Origin: Escherichia phage A7_1
Length of the DNA stretch: 64,000 bases
Direction: 5' to 3' (one strand)
Sequence record: OP795442
Each line of letters begins with the position of its first letter. Position 1 is the first letter of the stretch. The position numbers and the translations under genes were made by a program. A model generated the notes under the pieces. It was not told the origin of the DNA and searched no databases. It saw only the letters and a list, made by a program, of their open reading frames with translations. Shown in pieces: positions 46,294-54,126 of the stretch.

Positions 46294-46322
46294 TTGACAA
46301 CTACTGATAGTACTGACATAAT
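46294..46322 (+). promoter_or_regulatory. sigma70-like promoter (copy 2 of a duplicated promoter)
   Basis: TTGACA-17-CATAAT followed by the same ataacttttatcaag leader. Confidence 0.6.
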
Positions 46323-46365
46323 AACTTTTATCAAGTAGTACAAATCAAAAAGAGAGAATATCATC

Positions 46366-46605
46366 ATGGCTAAATCTAAAACTTTCAACGATCACAAAAA
46401 CAAAACTCATTGGAATGTTTCCTTGTGGATTAATAATGGTGAAGCACTGTATCGGCTTGCTCAAAATTGCATTGCACAAAGTAAAACTAAAGATATTGCT
46501 GCGGAATGTATGTACCGCAGATTAAAAGCGAACGGCACTACAACAACGCCGGACGGATTTAAGTATAGCACCACTGCGATCCGTGCCGCGATGGTTGGAA
46601 TGTAA
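46366..46605 (+). CDS. hypothetical protein (paralogue of 44548..44799)
   Basis: 79 aa; HWNVSLW and C-terminal TPDGFKYSTTAIRAAMVGM shared. Confidence 0.55.
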   Translation: MAKSKTFNDHKNKTHWNVSLWINNGEALYRLAQNCIAQSKTKDIAAECMYRRLKANGTTTTPDGFKYSTTAIRAAMVGM

Positions 46606-46624
46606 AAAGAAAAAGTAAAAGTAG

Positions 46625-46682
46625 TTGACACAAAGAAACAAAACAAGTAAATTAATCACATCAGGCGGGGAATGGCCCCGCT
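46625..46682 (+). promoter_or_regulatory. promoter plus 5' GC hairpin cassette
   Basis: TTGACA-17-TAAATT then gcgggg-aatgg-ccccgc; nearly identical to the cassette at 48749. Confidence 0.65.
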
Positions 46683-46703
46683 AAAAGAGAAGAGAGAAAT
46701 CAA

Positions 46704-47036
46704 ATGAGCTTTTTATCTATCGTGCAGACTAACTTTGAAAATGATTTTATTGCTCAAGCTATCAACATTGACAAAGGTATCCCAAATATCAATTTTGGTT
46801 TTAATAGTGGTGGTTATGAGAGATACCAGTATTTTGTAACTGACGATGGAAGTGTTTTAGGTATCAATACGGTGATGGCTAATATCCAAAACATTAATTT
46901 CAATGATCCCGATGAGCGCTCATTCTATATCGTCGGTATCCAGGTGAACTACAATGATGACTCTTTAATCGATGATTACACTGGCGAGACGTTAGAGAGT
47001 GCTTACGGTGATGAATCAGAAGAAGAAGAAGAATAA
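46704..47036 (+). CDS. strongly acidic small protein
   Basis: 110 aa; many Asp/Glu, almost no Lys/Arg; ends DESEEEEE. Confidence 0.55.
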   Translation: MSFLSIVQTNFENDFIAQAINIDKGIPNINFGFNSGGYERYQYFVTDDGSVLGINTVMANIQNINFNDPDERSFYIVGIQVNYNDDSLIDDYTGETLESAYGDESEEEEE

Positions 47037-47050
47037 GATTAAAAAAGTAG

Positions 47051-47110
47051 TTGACTGAAAGAGTATAAAGAAGTAAGATAATTAACGAATAGGGGGAAAC
47101 ATCTTCCCCC
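47051..47110 (+). promoter_or_regulatory. promoter plus 5' GC hairpin cassette
   Basis: TTGACT-17-TAAGAT then ggggga-aacatc-ttccccc. Confidence 0.6.
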
Positions 47111-47136
47111 ATAAACAAAAGAAAGAGAGATTAAAA

Positions 47137-47319
47137 ATGACAGAACTGATTGCAACTACAAAGATCGAAGGCGTTAACGATGTTACTTTGTCCTATGATC
47201 CTTCTACTCTGGTTTATGTTGTGAAATATGGCAGAATGATCGCAGAACTTGATTGCATTGATGAGGCTTTCGAAAAATATTTCGAACTTATCAATATTGC
47301 TTATGATGACTACCGTTAA
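47137..47319 (+). CDS. hypothetical protein
   Basis: Track ORF, 60 aa. Confidence 0.5.
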   Translation: MTELIATTKIEGVNDVTLSYDPSTLVYVVKYGRMIAELDCIDEAFEKYFELINIAYDDYR

Positions 47320-47349
47320 TATACAACGCAAAAATAGAAAGGTGATAAA

Positions 47350-47559
47350 ATGATCAATGAAAAAACAATCAATGACGTTCGAGAGGAAGTTTTAGCCGTT
47401 GCCGTAGAATCTGGCGCACGTCAGGCATTTTGGAAAGCTACTGATCTTTACCCTGAGCAAGCCGAAAATATTCTCAATCAGGTCAGCGTTAAACTTGAAA
47501 AAATGGGAAAACTGAAAACAAGTGAGCGCCTCGACCAAATCATTAAAGAAAGTTTTTGA
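47350..47559 (+). CDS. hypothetical protein
   Basis: Track ORF, 69 aa. Confidence 0.5.
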   Translation: MINEKTINDVREEVLAVAVESGARQAFWKATDLYPEQAENILNQVSVKLEKMGKLKTSERLDQIIKESF

Positions 47560-47596
47560 TTGACTTTTAACATTGCCCCTATTAGTATTCAGGGGC
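47560..47596 (+). promoter_or_regulatory. promoter overlapped by a hairpin
   Basis: TTGACT-17-TAGTAT with gcccct...aggggc stem spanning the -10 element. Confidence 0.5.
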
Positions 47597-47623
47597 AAGA
47601 TTAAAAGAAACAAGGACACAAAG

Positions 47624-47935
47624 ATGAATGATATTGTTAGCATCATAGGTTTACTCGGCATAGGTTACATCGCCACATCAATTACAATGAGTTACTTCAA
47701 TAAAAGGCGTGATAAAATGTTTTGTTACTTTGAATACCGTTACCGTGGTAAGGTTGGATCATCCCGTGACTATGGTCCGATGTTAGAGATTGATGCGGTA
47801 GGAGCAATGCAGTATCGCCAGTCACTTGGGGCTGAGATAATTTTTGAAGTGTACCGCAGTACAGAAGAAGAGATCCACGACATTATTGACGAGCGTCAAT
47901 ATTACCACGAACAACAAACTAAACGCAGGGCTTAA
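47624..47935 (+). CDS. small membrane protein
   Basis: Track ORF 47573 begins in the promoter; ATG at about 47624 (MNDIVSIIGLLGIGYIATSI) is likelier. Confidence 0.5.
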   Translation: MNDIVSIIGLLGIGYIATSITMSYFNKRRDKMFCYFEYRYRGKVGSSRDYGPMLEIDAVGAMQYRQSLGAEIIFEVYRSTEEEIHDIIDERQYYHEQQTKRRA

Positions 47936-47938
47936 CAT

Positions 47939-48079
47939 ATGACTAATACAAACCGACAAAAAATCATCAAAACTAAAAAACTTGATTTCAATACTTATCA
48001 AGAATGTAAGAAGAAGAAAGTAAAAGATAAGCGAGAGAACAAGCGGCACGAATGGATCACTAATACAATCGATCTTTAA
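47939..48079 (+). CDS. small basic protein (about 46 aa, not in track)
   Basis: MTNTNRQKIIKTKKLDFNTYQECKKKKVKDKRENKRHEW...; weak SD; approximate. Confidence 0.3.
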   Translation: MTNTNRQKIIKTKKLDFNTYQECKKKKVKDKRENKRHEWITNTIDL

Positions 48080-48084
48080 CAATC

Positions 48085-48112
48085 AAGGCCCGCTATAATG
48101 TGGGCCTTTCTT
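48085..48112 (+). terminator. rho-independent terminator
   Basis: aggcccgctataatgtgggcct then ttcttt. Confidence 0.7.
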
Positions 48113-48126
48113 TATGGAGAACAGAC

Positions 48127-48354
48127 ATGATTAATATTCTTTCACTTACAGAAGTGATCCGCTTCCTCAAAAACAACGCCCTGGGAACGTCTATAGCGTA
48201 TCTAATCCCTCAAGGTAAAGATTATGCCAGCGTTACACGTTCAATCACTGCTACGGCTTCCAGGGAAGAAATAAAGGTCAGCGTAAGCCAATTGTTGATT
48301 GTTGATCCATCATCTTGCGAGACTATCCAGGCAGTAAAGATAATTAGAAAATAA
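48127..48354 (+). CDS. hypothetical protein
   Basis: Track ORF 48100 overlaps the terminator; ATG at about 48127 behind GGAGA (MINILSLTEV). Confidence 0.45.
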   Translation: MINILSLTEVIRFLKNNALGTSIAYLIPQGKDYASVTRSITATASREEIKVSVSQLLIVDPSSCETIQAVKIIRK

Positions 48355-48367
48355 TTTAAAAAACTTC

Positions 48368-48396
48368 TTGCATCCATTATTGAGAGGATGTATATT
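48368..48396 (+). promoter_or_regulatory. sigma70-like promoter
   Basis: TTGCAT-17-TATATT. Confidence 0.5.
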
Positions 48397-48439
48397 AGTT
48401 TCATCAAGACGAAATGATGATAATCAAAAGGTGATTGCT

Positions 48440-48733
48440 ATGTTATACGAAGTTTTTGCAGGTTTCTGTTTTTATGGTGCTGCCGCCGTTCGCCAGTGTG
48501 ATGATTATGTAGTTGAATCATTCGATGATCCTTTGGCGTGTGAGATTGTTACTACGGCGTATGAGCAAGATCGCCGTTGGATTAATCCGGCCTGTATCGC
48601 ATCGCCTGAGGTTGAACCTATGCCGGAAGGTGAGGAATTAACAGAGGAAGACTTGCAAGAAGTAAAAGAAGTTATGAGCTACATGATTGATAATCTGGAC
48701 GCTGAAAACTTACAACGTGCATTGCAAAAATAA
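48440..48733 (+). CDS. hypothetical acidic protein
   Basis: Track ORF 48368 begins in the promoter; ATG at about 48440 (MLYEVFAGF) is likelier. Confidence 0.5.
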   Translation: MLYEVFAGFCFYGAAAVRQCDDYVVESFDDPLACEIVTTAYEQDRRWINPACIASPEVEPMPEGEELTEEDLQEVKEVMSYMIDNLDAENLQRALQK

Positions 48734-48748
48734 TTTAAAAAAAAGTAG

Positions 48749-48805
48749 TTGACTCGAAGAAACAAAACAAGTAAATTATTCACATCAGGCGGGGAATGGC
48801 CCCGC
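48749..48805 (+). promoter_or_regulatory. promoter plus 5' GC hairpin cassette
   Basis: TTGACT-17-TAAATT then ggcgggg-aatg-gccccgc; duplicate of the cassette at 46625. Confidence 0.65.
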
Positions 48806-48821
48806 TGAACAAAAAGAGATT

Positions 48822-49202
48822 ATGAAAATGGCTAAAAATACTAACGTTTGTGATTACGCTGATCTGGTTACTCTGAATGCAGATTCTAAAATCAACCTGT
48901 CAAACGTGGAAGCGGTGCACGTCCTGGCCCGCCGCTGGTTCCAAAAGTTATATGGTAATACTTATTTCTCTTTAAGTGTAGATGTGGAGATCGCTGGTAA
49001 ATTGGTAGAAGTAGTTAACGTCCCGTTTACATATGGTTATGGTGATCATTTCGATACCGTGGCACTGGAAGAATTTAGCAAGGTTATCAACATGGAAGGA
49101 AAAGAGTTTTCAGAGTATAGTTACCTTTCCCGTTTTTGCCGTGACAATAACATCCCTGTTTATTCGAACGCTGTTGATGTTAAACGCAAAAAAGATATGT
49201 AA
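48822..49202 (+). CDS. hypothetical protein
   Basis: Track ORF, 126 aa. Confidence 0.55.
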   Translation: MKMAKNTNVCDYADLVTLNADSKINLSNVEAVHVLARRWFQKLYGNTYFSLSVDVEIAGKLVEVVNVPFTYGYGDHFDTVALEEFSKVINMEGKEFSEYSYLSRFCRDNNIPVYSNAVDVKRKKDM

Positions 49203-49208
49203 TTATTA

Positions 49209-49267
49209 TTGACAGTACATAGAAAACAAGTAAACGGTATTACATAGAAAGCGGGAACACTTCCCGC
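49209..49267 (+). promoter_or_regulatory. promoter plus 5' GC hairpin cassette
   Basis: TTGACA then gcgggaa-cac-ttcccgc. Confidence 0.55.
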
Positions 49268-49289
49268 TTATATTCCAGGAGTAAGAGAA

Positions 49290-49541
49290 ATGATCGAACA
49301 AATCAAAACTACGACGGCTAATGTAACGGGTACAATATCGCACTTTATTAGTGATGAATCGCGGGGCGTTCCTTATTGTGCAGTACATGTAAACAAAAAT
49401 GGCGACTACTGGTTAACGGCGTATGGATCTTATTCTTTCGGACGTAGTGCACACCAAAAGATCCTGGATAAAGTACAACCAACGGGTAAAAATATTACCG
49501 CTGAGATGTTTAATAAATCACTTGCAAAGTTAAAAGCGTAA
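49290..49541 (+). CDS. hypothetical protein
   Basis: Track ORF, 83 aa. Confidence 0.5.
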   Translation: MIEQIKTTTANVTGTISHFISDESRGVPYCAVHVNKNGDYWLTAYGSYSFGRSAHQKILDKVQPTGKNITAEMFNKSLAKLKA

Positions 49542-49581
49542 AGTATAATACATCACATCAGGCGGGGAGTGTTTCCCCGCC
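49523..49581 (+). promoter_or_regulatory. promoter plus 5' GC hairpin cassette
   Basis: TTGCAA-15-TATAAT then ggcgggga-gtgtt-tccccgcc. Confidence 0.55.
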
Positions 49582-49602
49582 ACAAAATGAAAGGCCAACA
49601 AA

Positions 49603-49782
49603 ATGAAATCAAGCATGATGGTAGCGACTGTAAACATTATCATTGGTAACGGAACTGGACACCACGAAATCATAAAAAACAAGGCTTACTCTATTAGCTC
49701 CCTCAAAAACGACATGCGTTTATCTTTGGGCCAAATCCGCGCTTACTTTCGTGAAGGCTATCAGAAAAAAGTAGCAAATTAA
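49603..49782 (+). CDS. small protein (about 59 aa, not in track)
   Basis: MKSSMMVATVNIIIGNGTGHHEIIKNKAYSISS...; approximate. Confidence 0.4.
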   Translation: MKSSMMVATVNIIIGNGTGHHEIIKNKAYSISSLKNDMRLSLGQIRAYFREGYQKKVAN

Positions 49783-49785
49783 TAG

Positions 49786-49819
49786 TTGACGCAAAGGTCA
49801 TTTTAATTTAATCTATAAC
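49786..49819 (+). promoter_or_regulatory. sigma70-like promoter
   Basis: TTGACG with AT-rich -10 region; approximate. Confidence 0.45.
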
Positions 49820-49842
49820 AAATCGACAAATGAGGCATAATC

Positions 49843-50145
49843 ATGTTTACCAAAGCAAATGAGTATTTCTTTTTAGATTTACTTGATGAAAGTATCTTTG
49901 TAGCTATGGGCAAAAAGTCAATGGTCTTTAAACGCAAAAAAGATAATGGTGACTTTGAAGATAGCGAAGCCGTGCTAACAGTCAAGGAAGGTAAAGATCC
50001 TGCAACGTCTGTTTTAATCTACACCTTGACCAACGGCGGTGAAGTTATCGCATCAGGGAGTAGCCATCCGATCCCAAAATCGGAAGTGAACACTGTAATT
50101 ATTGGTTTTGTTGCAGCTTGTTTCTACGAGGAAAAAAGCAAATGA
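49843..50145 (+). CDS. hypothetical protein
   Basis: Track ORF, 100 aa. Confidence 0.5.
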   Translation: MFTKANEYFFLDLLDESIFVAMGKKSMVFKRKKDNGDFEDSEAVLTVKEGKDPATSVLIYTLTNGGEVIASGSSHPIPKSEVNTVIIGFVAACFYEEKSK

Positions 50146-50306
50146 ATCCGCAAAATTTATCTTATGTAAACTGGCCCAATAAGGCTGAGAAGAAAGAAAA
50201 CTTGAAACGTCTGGTTAACTTTTATCGTGAAGCTGGTCATAGTAAAGTAACAGCGGTTAAAATGGCAAAGCGCCACCTTAACAAGCCAAGTACTAAACTA
50301 ATTTAA
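50142..50306 (+). CDS. small basic protein
   Basis: Track ORF 50118 extended; ATG at 50142 overlaps upstream stop (ATGA); MNPQNLSYVNWPNK. Confidence 0.45.
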   Translation: MNPQNLSYVNWPNKAEKKENLKRLVNFYREAGHSKVTAVKMAKRHLNKPSTKLI

Positions 50307-50314
50307 AAAACTTG

Positions 50315-50343
50315 TTGACGTTGGCTTGTGCCGTACCTATAAT
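50315..50343 (+). promoter_or_regulatory. sigma70-like promoter
   Basis: TTGACG-17-TATAAT. Confidence 0.6.
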
Positions 50344-50378
50344 GGACGGCATAGGCAAACGAAATAGGATTTATAGAA

Positions 50379-50585
50379 ATGAAAAAGAAAATTGTATATA
50401 ATATTATTAGCTTTATCGCAACTATCCTCCTGGCTATTGCTGGTCTATCTTTGATTGTTGCAGTAGGATCTCTGTTTCCTGGGGCAATAAGTATTAGCAT
50501 AGCTTTCGCCGCATTGTCTGTTTTTACAGGGTATGCAGGGATTAAAGTTACTTACTGGTCAGAAGATTACAAATATTCAAACTAA
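50379..50585 (+). CDS. small membrane protein
   Basis: 68 aa, two hydrophobic helices. Confidence 0.5.
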   Translation: MKKKIVYNIISFIATILLAIAGLSLIVAVGSLFPGAISISIAFAALSVFTGYAGIKVTYWSEDYKYSN

Positions 50586-50598
50586 ATTGAGGTGTAAG

Positions 50599-50748
50599 AT
50601 GTACAAGCTATTAACCTGGGAAACAGAATCATCGTCACCGATCAGCCGGACCTTTTTTGATTTGTGCACGGCTTACAGGCTGGCAAAGGGAGGATATCAT
50701 AAGGCCCAAATCATTGATGAATTTAATGTTATCCTTTATGAATTTTAA
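50599..50748 (+). CDS. hypothetical small protein
   Basis: Track ORF 50533 extended; ATG at about 50599 behind GAGGTG (MYKLLTWETESS). Confidence 0.4.
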   Translation: MYKLLTWETESSSPISRTFFDLCTAYRLAKGGYHKAQIIDEFNVILYEF

Positions 50749-50795
50749 TCAATTCATACACTTAAAAGAAAGTTAGAAAAAGTTTTAAAAAGTGG

Positions 50796-50848
50796 TTGCA
50801 ACAGGTATTGGATAGTAGTATAGTACTTTCAACGGGGCGAGATGGCCC
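50796..50848 (+). promoter_or_regulatory. promoter plus weak 5' hairpin
   Basis: TTGCAA then TAGTAT-like -10, then gggc-gagatg-gccc; approximate. Confidence 0.45.
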
Positions 50849-50877
50849 AAAACGAAAAAACTTGAAAGGTGATTATC

Positions 50878-50970
50878 ATGATGGCAATTTTCTTAGTTTC
50901 TCTTCTGGTTGCTGTATGTTCTGCCACTGCTGCCGCTGTACTTTATGACACTCGCTACAATGAGGAATAA
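50878..50970 (+). CDS. tiny hydrophobic peptide (about 30 aa, not in track)
   Basis: MMAIFLVSLLVAVCSATAAAVLYDTRYNEE behind AAAGGTGA SD; approximate. Confidence 0.3.
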   Translation: MMAIFLVSLLVAVCSATAAAVLYDTRYNEE

Positions 50971-50975
50971 TAAAA

Positions 50976-51194
50976 ATGAATATTGTCAACATTACAGGTA
51001 AGACCGAGATCCTTAAGAATCTTGCACCAGGTGAGTCCACCGTATGGATCTGCAAAGATGGAGAAGTAGAAAAACAAATGAGATTGTTTACCGCTATTTG
51101 TTGTCGGTTAAATATGAAAGTTACACAAATCCGATCGATGATTGTTAGTGTGGGAAACATTCCGACTGAATGCATAATTCTTACAAAGATTTAA
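50976..51194 (+). CDS. hypothetical protein
   Basis: Track ORF, 72 aa. Confidence 0.5.
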   Translation: MNIVNITGKTEILKNLAPGESTVWICKDGEVEKQMRLFTAICCRLNMKVTQIRSMIVSVGNIPTECIILTKI

Positions 51195-51201
51195 AAATAG
51201 C

Positions 51202-51229
51202 TTTACAACAACGATAAAATCAGTACAAT
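51202..51229 (+). promoter_or_regulatory. sigma70-like promoter
   Basis: TTTACA-16-TACAAT. Confidence 0.45.
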
Positions 51230-51270
51230 ACAAATCAGGCAATAAAGCCAACTAAAGAAAGGTAAAGACC

Positions 51271-51510
51271 ATGCAAACTATTATCACTAAGTTTCTTCCT
51301 CCTACGAATACCCGTGGCGCTCGCATCAAAGCAAAATGTTGGTTGACAGATATCACTATCGCCTATCCGGTAGCCGAGATCAACGAAGCCCATAAACTGG
51401 CGGCAGAAGTGTTAATTACAAAATTGAAGATGACAACAGATATTGATTGGAAAATTGTTGCAAGTGGTGAAACACCGGACGGATCAGGTTATGCATTTAT
51501 CATCAAATAA
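51271..51510 (+). CDS. hypothetical protein
   Basis: Track ORF, 79 aa. Confidence 0.5.
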   Translation: MQTIITKFLPPTNTRGARIKAKCWLTDITIAYPVAEINEAHKLAAEVLITKLKMTTDIDWKIVASGETPDGSGYAFIIK

Positions 51511-51513
51511 TTG

Positions 51514-51569
51514 TTGACAACAGCAAAGTAAGCGCGTAGTATTCATTTTACAGGGGCGACAAGCGCCCC
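51514..51569 (+). promoter_or_regulatory. promoter plus 5' GC hairpin cassette
   Basis: TTGACA-17-TAGTAT then ggggcg-acaa-gcgcccc. Confidence 0.65.
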
Positions 51570-51578
51570 GCTTATCAG

Positions 51579-51860
51579 ATGAGACAAATCATGAAAATAT
51601 CATTGGACGTTGCAATCAAGGCCATCGAATCCGGTTACACTCTGGTTAAGGACGATAAGGCTAAAATCGTGCATCACGTTAACAAGGAAACAGGCGAAAG
51701 CATGATCACATATAAAGCCGCCTACTTTCTCCAATCAGTAGCAGATCCGCGCCTGCAACGCCAGGTTACGGCGGCTATCGCTAAAAAATTATGTGCTTTA
51801 CAAGGTACAAGTTTTAACGAGATCGCCCCGTGTTTTGATTGGTCAAGCTTGAAAAAATAG
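51579..51860 (+). CDS. hypothetical protein
   Basis: Track ORF, 93 aa; start may be the second ATG at about 51591. Confidence 0.5.
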   Translation: MRQIMKISLDVAIKAIESGYTLVKDDKAKIVHHVNKETGESMITYKAAYFLQSVADPRLQRQVTAAIAKKLCALQGTSFNEIAPCFDWSSLKK

Positions 51861-51861
51861 T

Positions 51862-51920
51862 TTGACAATACGCAGTTATCTGGTAAAGTGTACTACATAG
51901 CGCGGAAATACTTCCCGCCA
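51862..51920 (+). promoter_or_regulatory. promoter plus 5' GC hairpin cassette
   Basis: TTGACA then gcgcggaa-ata-cttcccgcc (imperfect). Confidence 0.5.
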
Positions 51921-51937
51921 TTAATGAGGATAATTTA

Positions 51938-52075
51938 ATGAAAACTTTCAACGCAACAGCCTCGACAATTGGTTATATTATTACAGTGCAAGCCGTAGAT
52001 CTGGTAGCAGCAGCAAACAAGATTAAAAGAATGATCCCGCTAGGTAGTGAATTTTCCGTTTGGGAAGTAAAATAA
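51938..52075 (+). CDS. small protein (about 45 aa, not in track)
   Basis: MKTFNATASTIGYIITVQAVDLVAAANKIKRM... behind GAGGA SD; approximate. Confidence 0.35.
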   Translation: MKTFNATASTIGYIITVQAVDLVAAANKIKRMIPLGSEFSVWEVK

Positions 52076-52078
52076 TTC

Positions 52079-52140
52079 TTGACAATAGTTTGTTACTTGA
52101 TAGAATGTATTTCGTAGGGCGGGGCAATGGAGCAACGCCC
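52079..52140 (+). promoter_or_regulatory. promoter plus 5' GC hairpin cassette
   Basis: TTGACA-16-TAGAAT then gggcg...cgccc stem. Confidence 0.55.
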
Positions 52141-52158
52141 ATTAATGAGGCTAGCATC

Positions 52159-52263
52159 ATGTTAGAGAAAATTTTCACGGTTGCAGTGGTTGGCCTGGCG
52201 TTATCGGTTGGAGTGGTTGCAACTATGGCTAATATGATCCTATCTTCCCACGGTATCGGTTAA
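52159..52263 (+). CDS. tiny membrane peptide (about 34 aa)
   Basis: Track ORF 52060 begins at TTG upstream of the promoter; ATG at about 52159 behind GAGG (MLEKIFTVAVVGLALSVGVVATMANMILS). Confidence 0.35.
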   Translation: MLEKIFTVAVVGLALSVGVVATMANMILSSHGIG

Positions 52264-52275
52264 GAGAGACACATC

Positions 52276-52662
52276 ATGAAAACAGAAATCATTATTGAAA
52301 TCATCAACGGTTACAAAGAGGCTTTTATCTTTGCTGAATCAGCCAGGAATCACGAAGGTGATTTTATAGATGACATGACTGATTATGATTTTTCAGATCA
52401 AGCCCAGCAACGGATCATTCGTGACGTGGCGGCTTTTTGTGACGCCAATGATGCCGCTATCTCTGAGGCAATGAGCGACGGCGCAACAGCCAACCAGATC
52501 GGGAATGATTTACATTTTACCCGTAACGGTCACAGCGTAGGCTTTTGGGATCGCCCTGAGATATACACTACTAACACGGCTAACCGTTTGACCAATGCCG
52601 CTAAATTTATGCCAAACGTGTCAGCCTACATTGGGAAAGATAATCTGATTTATATTGAATAA
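52276..52662 (+). CDS. hypothetical acidic protein
   Basis: Track ORF, 128 aa. Confidence 0.55.
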   Translation: MKTEIIIEIINGYKEAFIFAESARNHEGDFIDDMTDYDFSDQAQQRIIRDVAAFCDANDAAISEAMSDGATANQIGNDLHFTRNGHSVGFWDRPEIYTTNTANRLTNAAKFMPNVSAYIGKDNLIYIE

Positions 52663-52668
52663 AAAGTA

Positions 52669-52723
52669 TTGACAAGCTGAATCAACCTGACAAGATGTAT
52701 CACATAGGGGCGATAAACGCCCC
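52669..52723 (+). promoter_or_regulatory. promoter plus 5' GC hairpin cassette
   Basis: TTGACA-17-AAGATG-like -10 then ggggcg-ataaa-cgcccc. Confidence 0.6.
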
Positions 52724-52743
52724 ATAACAGAAAGGGTAATCTT

Positions 52744-52938
52744 ATGACGTTAGCAACATGTACCGGATCAAAAATTGCTTGCTTTGAGTTTATGGAAGAC
52801 TACCACACGACCGCAATCACTGACCAATATATTACAGTGATCACGCGTGACGGTATCGCCTGGCATGTTCCGGTTTATGATGGGGATACCTATGAAGTCA
52901 CCGACAGCGACGGCAATACAGCTATCTTTGTTGTCTAA
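52744..52938 (+). CDS. hypothetical protein
   Basis: Track ORF, 64 aa. Confidence 0.5.
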   Translation: MTLATCTGSKIACFEFMEDYHTTAITDQYITVITRDGIAWHVPVYDGDTYEVTDSDGNTAIFVV

Positions 52939-52949
52939 GGGGGAACACT

Positions 52950-53177
52950 ATGCACAATAACATCATTACCGATCGTGCCGCCACTATGCGCCCTGGCGAT
53001 CGGGCACGTTTACAGGTTGGCGCTTATCCGTTCCCTACTTATGACTTTTGCAAGGTGACGGCAGTCGAAAACAATCCCTTTGATCCTGATACTGTGATCA
53101 TATGGTACGAAGGAAGGGGAAATAAGTATGAAGATGTTTTATGGCGGGATGAGCATATCAACATTATTCGTTACTAA
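52950..53177 (+). CDS. hypothetical protein
   Basis: Track ORF, 75 aa, GGGGGA SD. Confidence 0.5.
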   Translation: MHNNIITDRAATMRPGDRARLQVGAYPFPTYDFCKVTAVENNPFDPDTVIIWYEGRGNKYEDVLWRDEHINIIRY

Positions 53178-53237
53178 TCGCCACCTAACAGCCTAAATAG
53201 TAGGAGGCAATGCAATCCCTACTCAATGAGAATGGAG

Positions 53238-53264
53238 CGCCCTGGCTTATGCTGGGGCGTTTTA
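53238..53264 (+). terminator. terminator-like hairpin
   Basis: cgccc-tggcttatgctg-gggcg then tttt; approximate. Confidence 0.4.
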
Positions 53265-53294
53265 TGTTGTATGGAAATAATTTAGAAAATAAGC

Positions 53295-53351
53295 TTGACG
53301 CCGGGAATGTTAGCGCGTATAGTTTATCACATAGGGCGGCAATAGTGCCGC
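53295..53351 (+). promoter_or_regulatory. promoter plus 5' GC hairpin cassette
   Basis: TTGACG-17-TATAGT then ggcggc-aatag-tgccgc. Confidence 0.65.
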
Positions 53352-53371
53352 TCATAATTGGAGTAGAGATC

Positions 53372-53545
53372 ATGGCAATTCTGGCGAAAGATGTAAAAGT
53401 AGGTATGACCTTTAATGATTGTGAAGTTGTCTATGTTGCCGCGCACGGCGACGGTATCATTACCATTGAAACAGAACACTTTGATCGAGATTGTGGCGAG
53501 ATGGAATATTTTTCTTGCGAGTATCATGAAAACGATGAGTTTTAA
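53372..53545 (+). CDS. hypothetical small protein
   Basis: ATG at about 53372 behind GGAGTAGAG; track ORF 53210..53545 is the same frame extended upstream through terminator, promoter and hairpin. Confidence 0.45.
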   Translation: MAILAKDVKVGMTFNDCEVVYVAAHGDGIITIETEHFDRDCGEMEYFSCEYHENDEF

Positions 53546-53549
53546 ACTA

Positions 53550-53604
53550 TTGACACTGTAAGTAATTGTGTTAATATTTTTGTGTAGGGCGGCAATGTTG
53601 CCGC
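53550..53604 (+). promoter_or_regulatory. promoter plus 5' GC hairpin cassette
   Basis: TTGACA-16-TAATAT then gggcggc-aatgt-tgccgc. Confidence 0.6.
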
Positions 53605-53625
53605 TCACTGACTGGAGCTATCACC

Positions 53626-54027
53626 ATGACCTTTACAATCACCTCTTACACTGACGTTGCCAGCATTGCTAAAACTTTCGGCCCTGAAGCCCTTAAATAT
53701 GCGGTATCCAATGGTAATCTGACAAAAGAGGAATGTTATCTGATTGGAAGCTGTAAACGTTGGGCGGTATCTCGTAACATCGAGATTGAAAACGTAAATG
53801 ATGGCAACATCGAATATAGCGTTGATGCAGTATTCCAAGTTGTTGATTTAGGTGGTATCTATAATACCAATCTTAATGATGTGCGTATCGTTCGCACTGG
53901 CTTTGGGGCTTATGATGTTCCAGTTCGTGAAGCTATGGAAAAAGGTTATATTAATCCAGCCATTTTAAGCATGATCATGACTGAGGCCAAACAACGTAAC
54001 GAGATACGGGCTATCCTGGGCCTGTAA
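53626..54027 (+). CDS. hypothetical protein
   Basis: Track ORF, 133 aa. Confidence 0.55.
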   Translation: MTFTITSYTDVASIAKTFGPEALKYAVSNGNLTKEECYLIGSCKRWAVSRNIEIENVNDGNIEYSVDAVFQVVDLGGIYNTNLNDVRIVRTGFGAYDVPVREAMEKGYINPAILSMIMTEAKQRNEIRAILGL

Positions 54028-54048
54028 TGAAATATTAATGGAAAACTA

Positions 54049-54101
54049 TTGACACGGATCGTCAATATGCTAATATTTATCACGTAGGGCGGCAACGCCC
54101 C
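54049..54101 (+). promoter_or_regulatory. promoter plus 5' GC hairpin cassette
   Basis: TTGACA-16-TAATAT then gggcg-gcaa-cgccc. Confidence 0.6.
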
Positions 54102-54126
54102 AGATTAATAAAAATAGGAAATAAAT

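Noticed and set aside
45570-46388. Minus-strand track ORFs 45570..45887 and 46047..46388
   Set aside because: They run against the uniformly rightward promoter-gene cassettes and overlap better-supported plus-strand genes.
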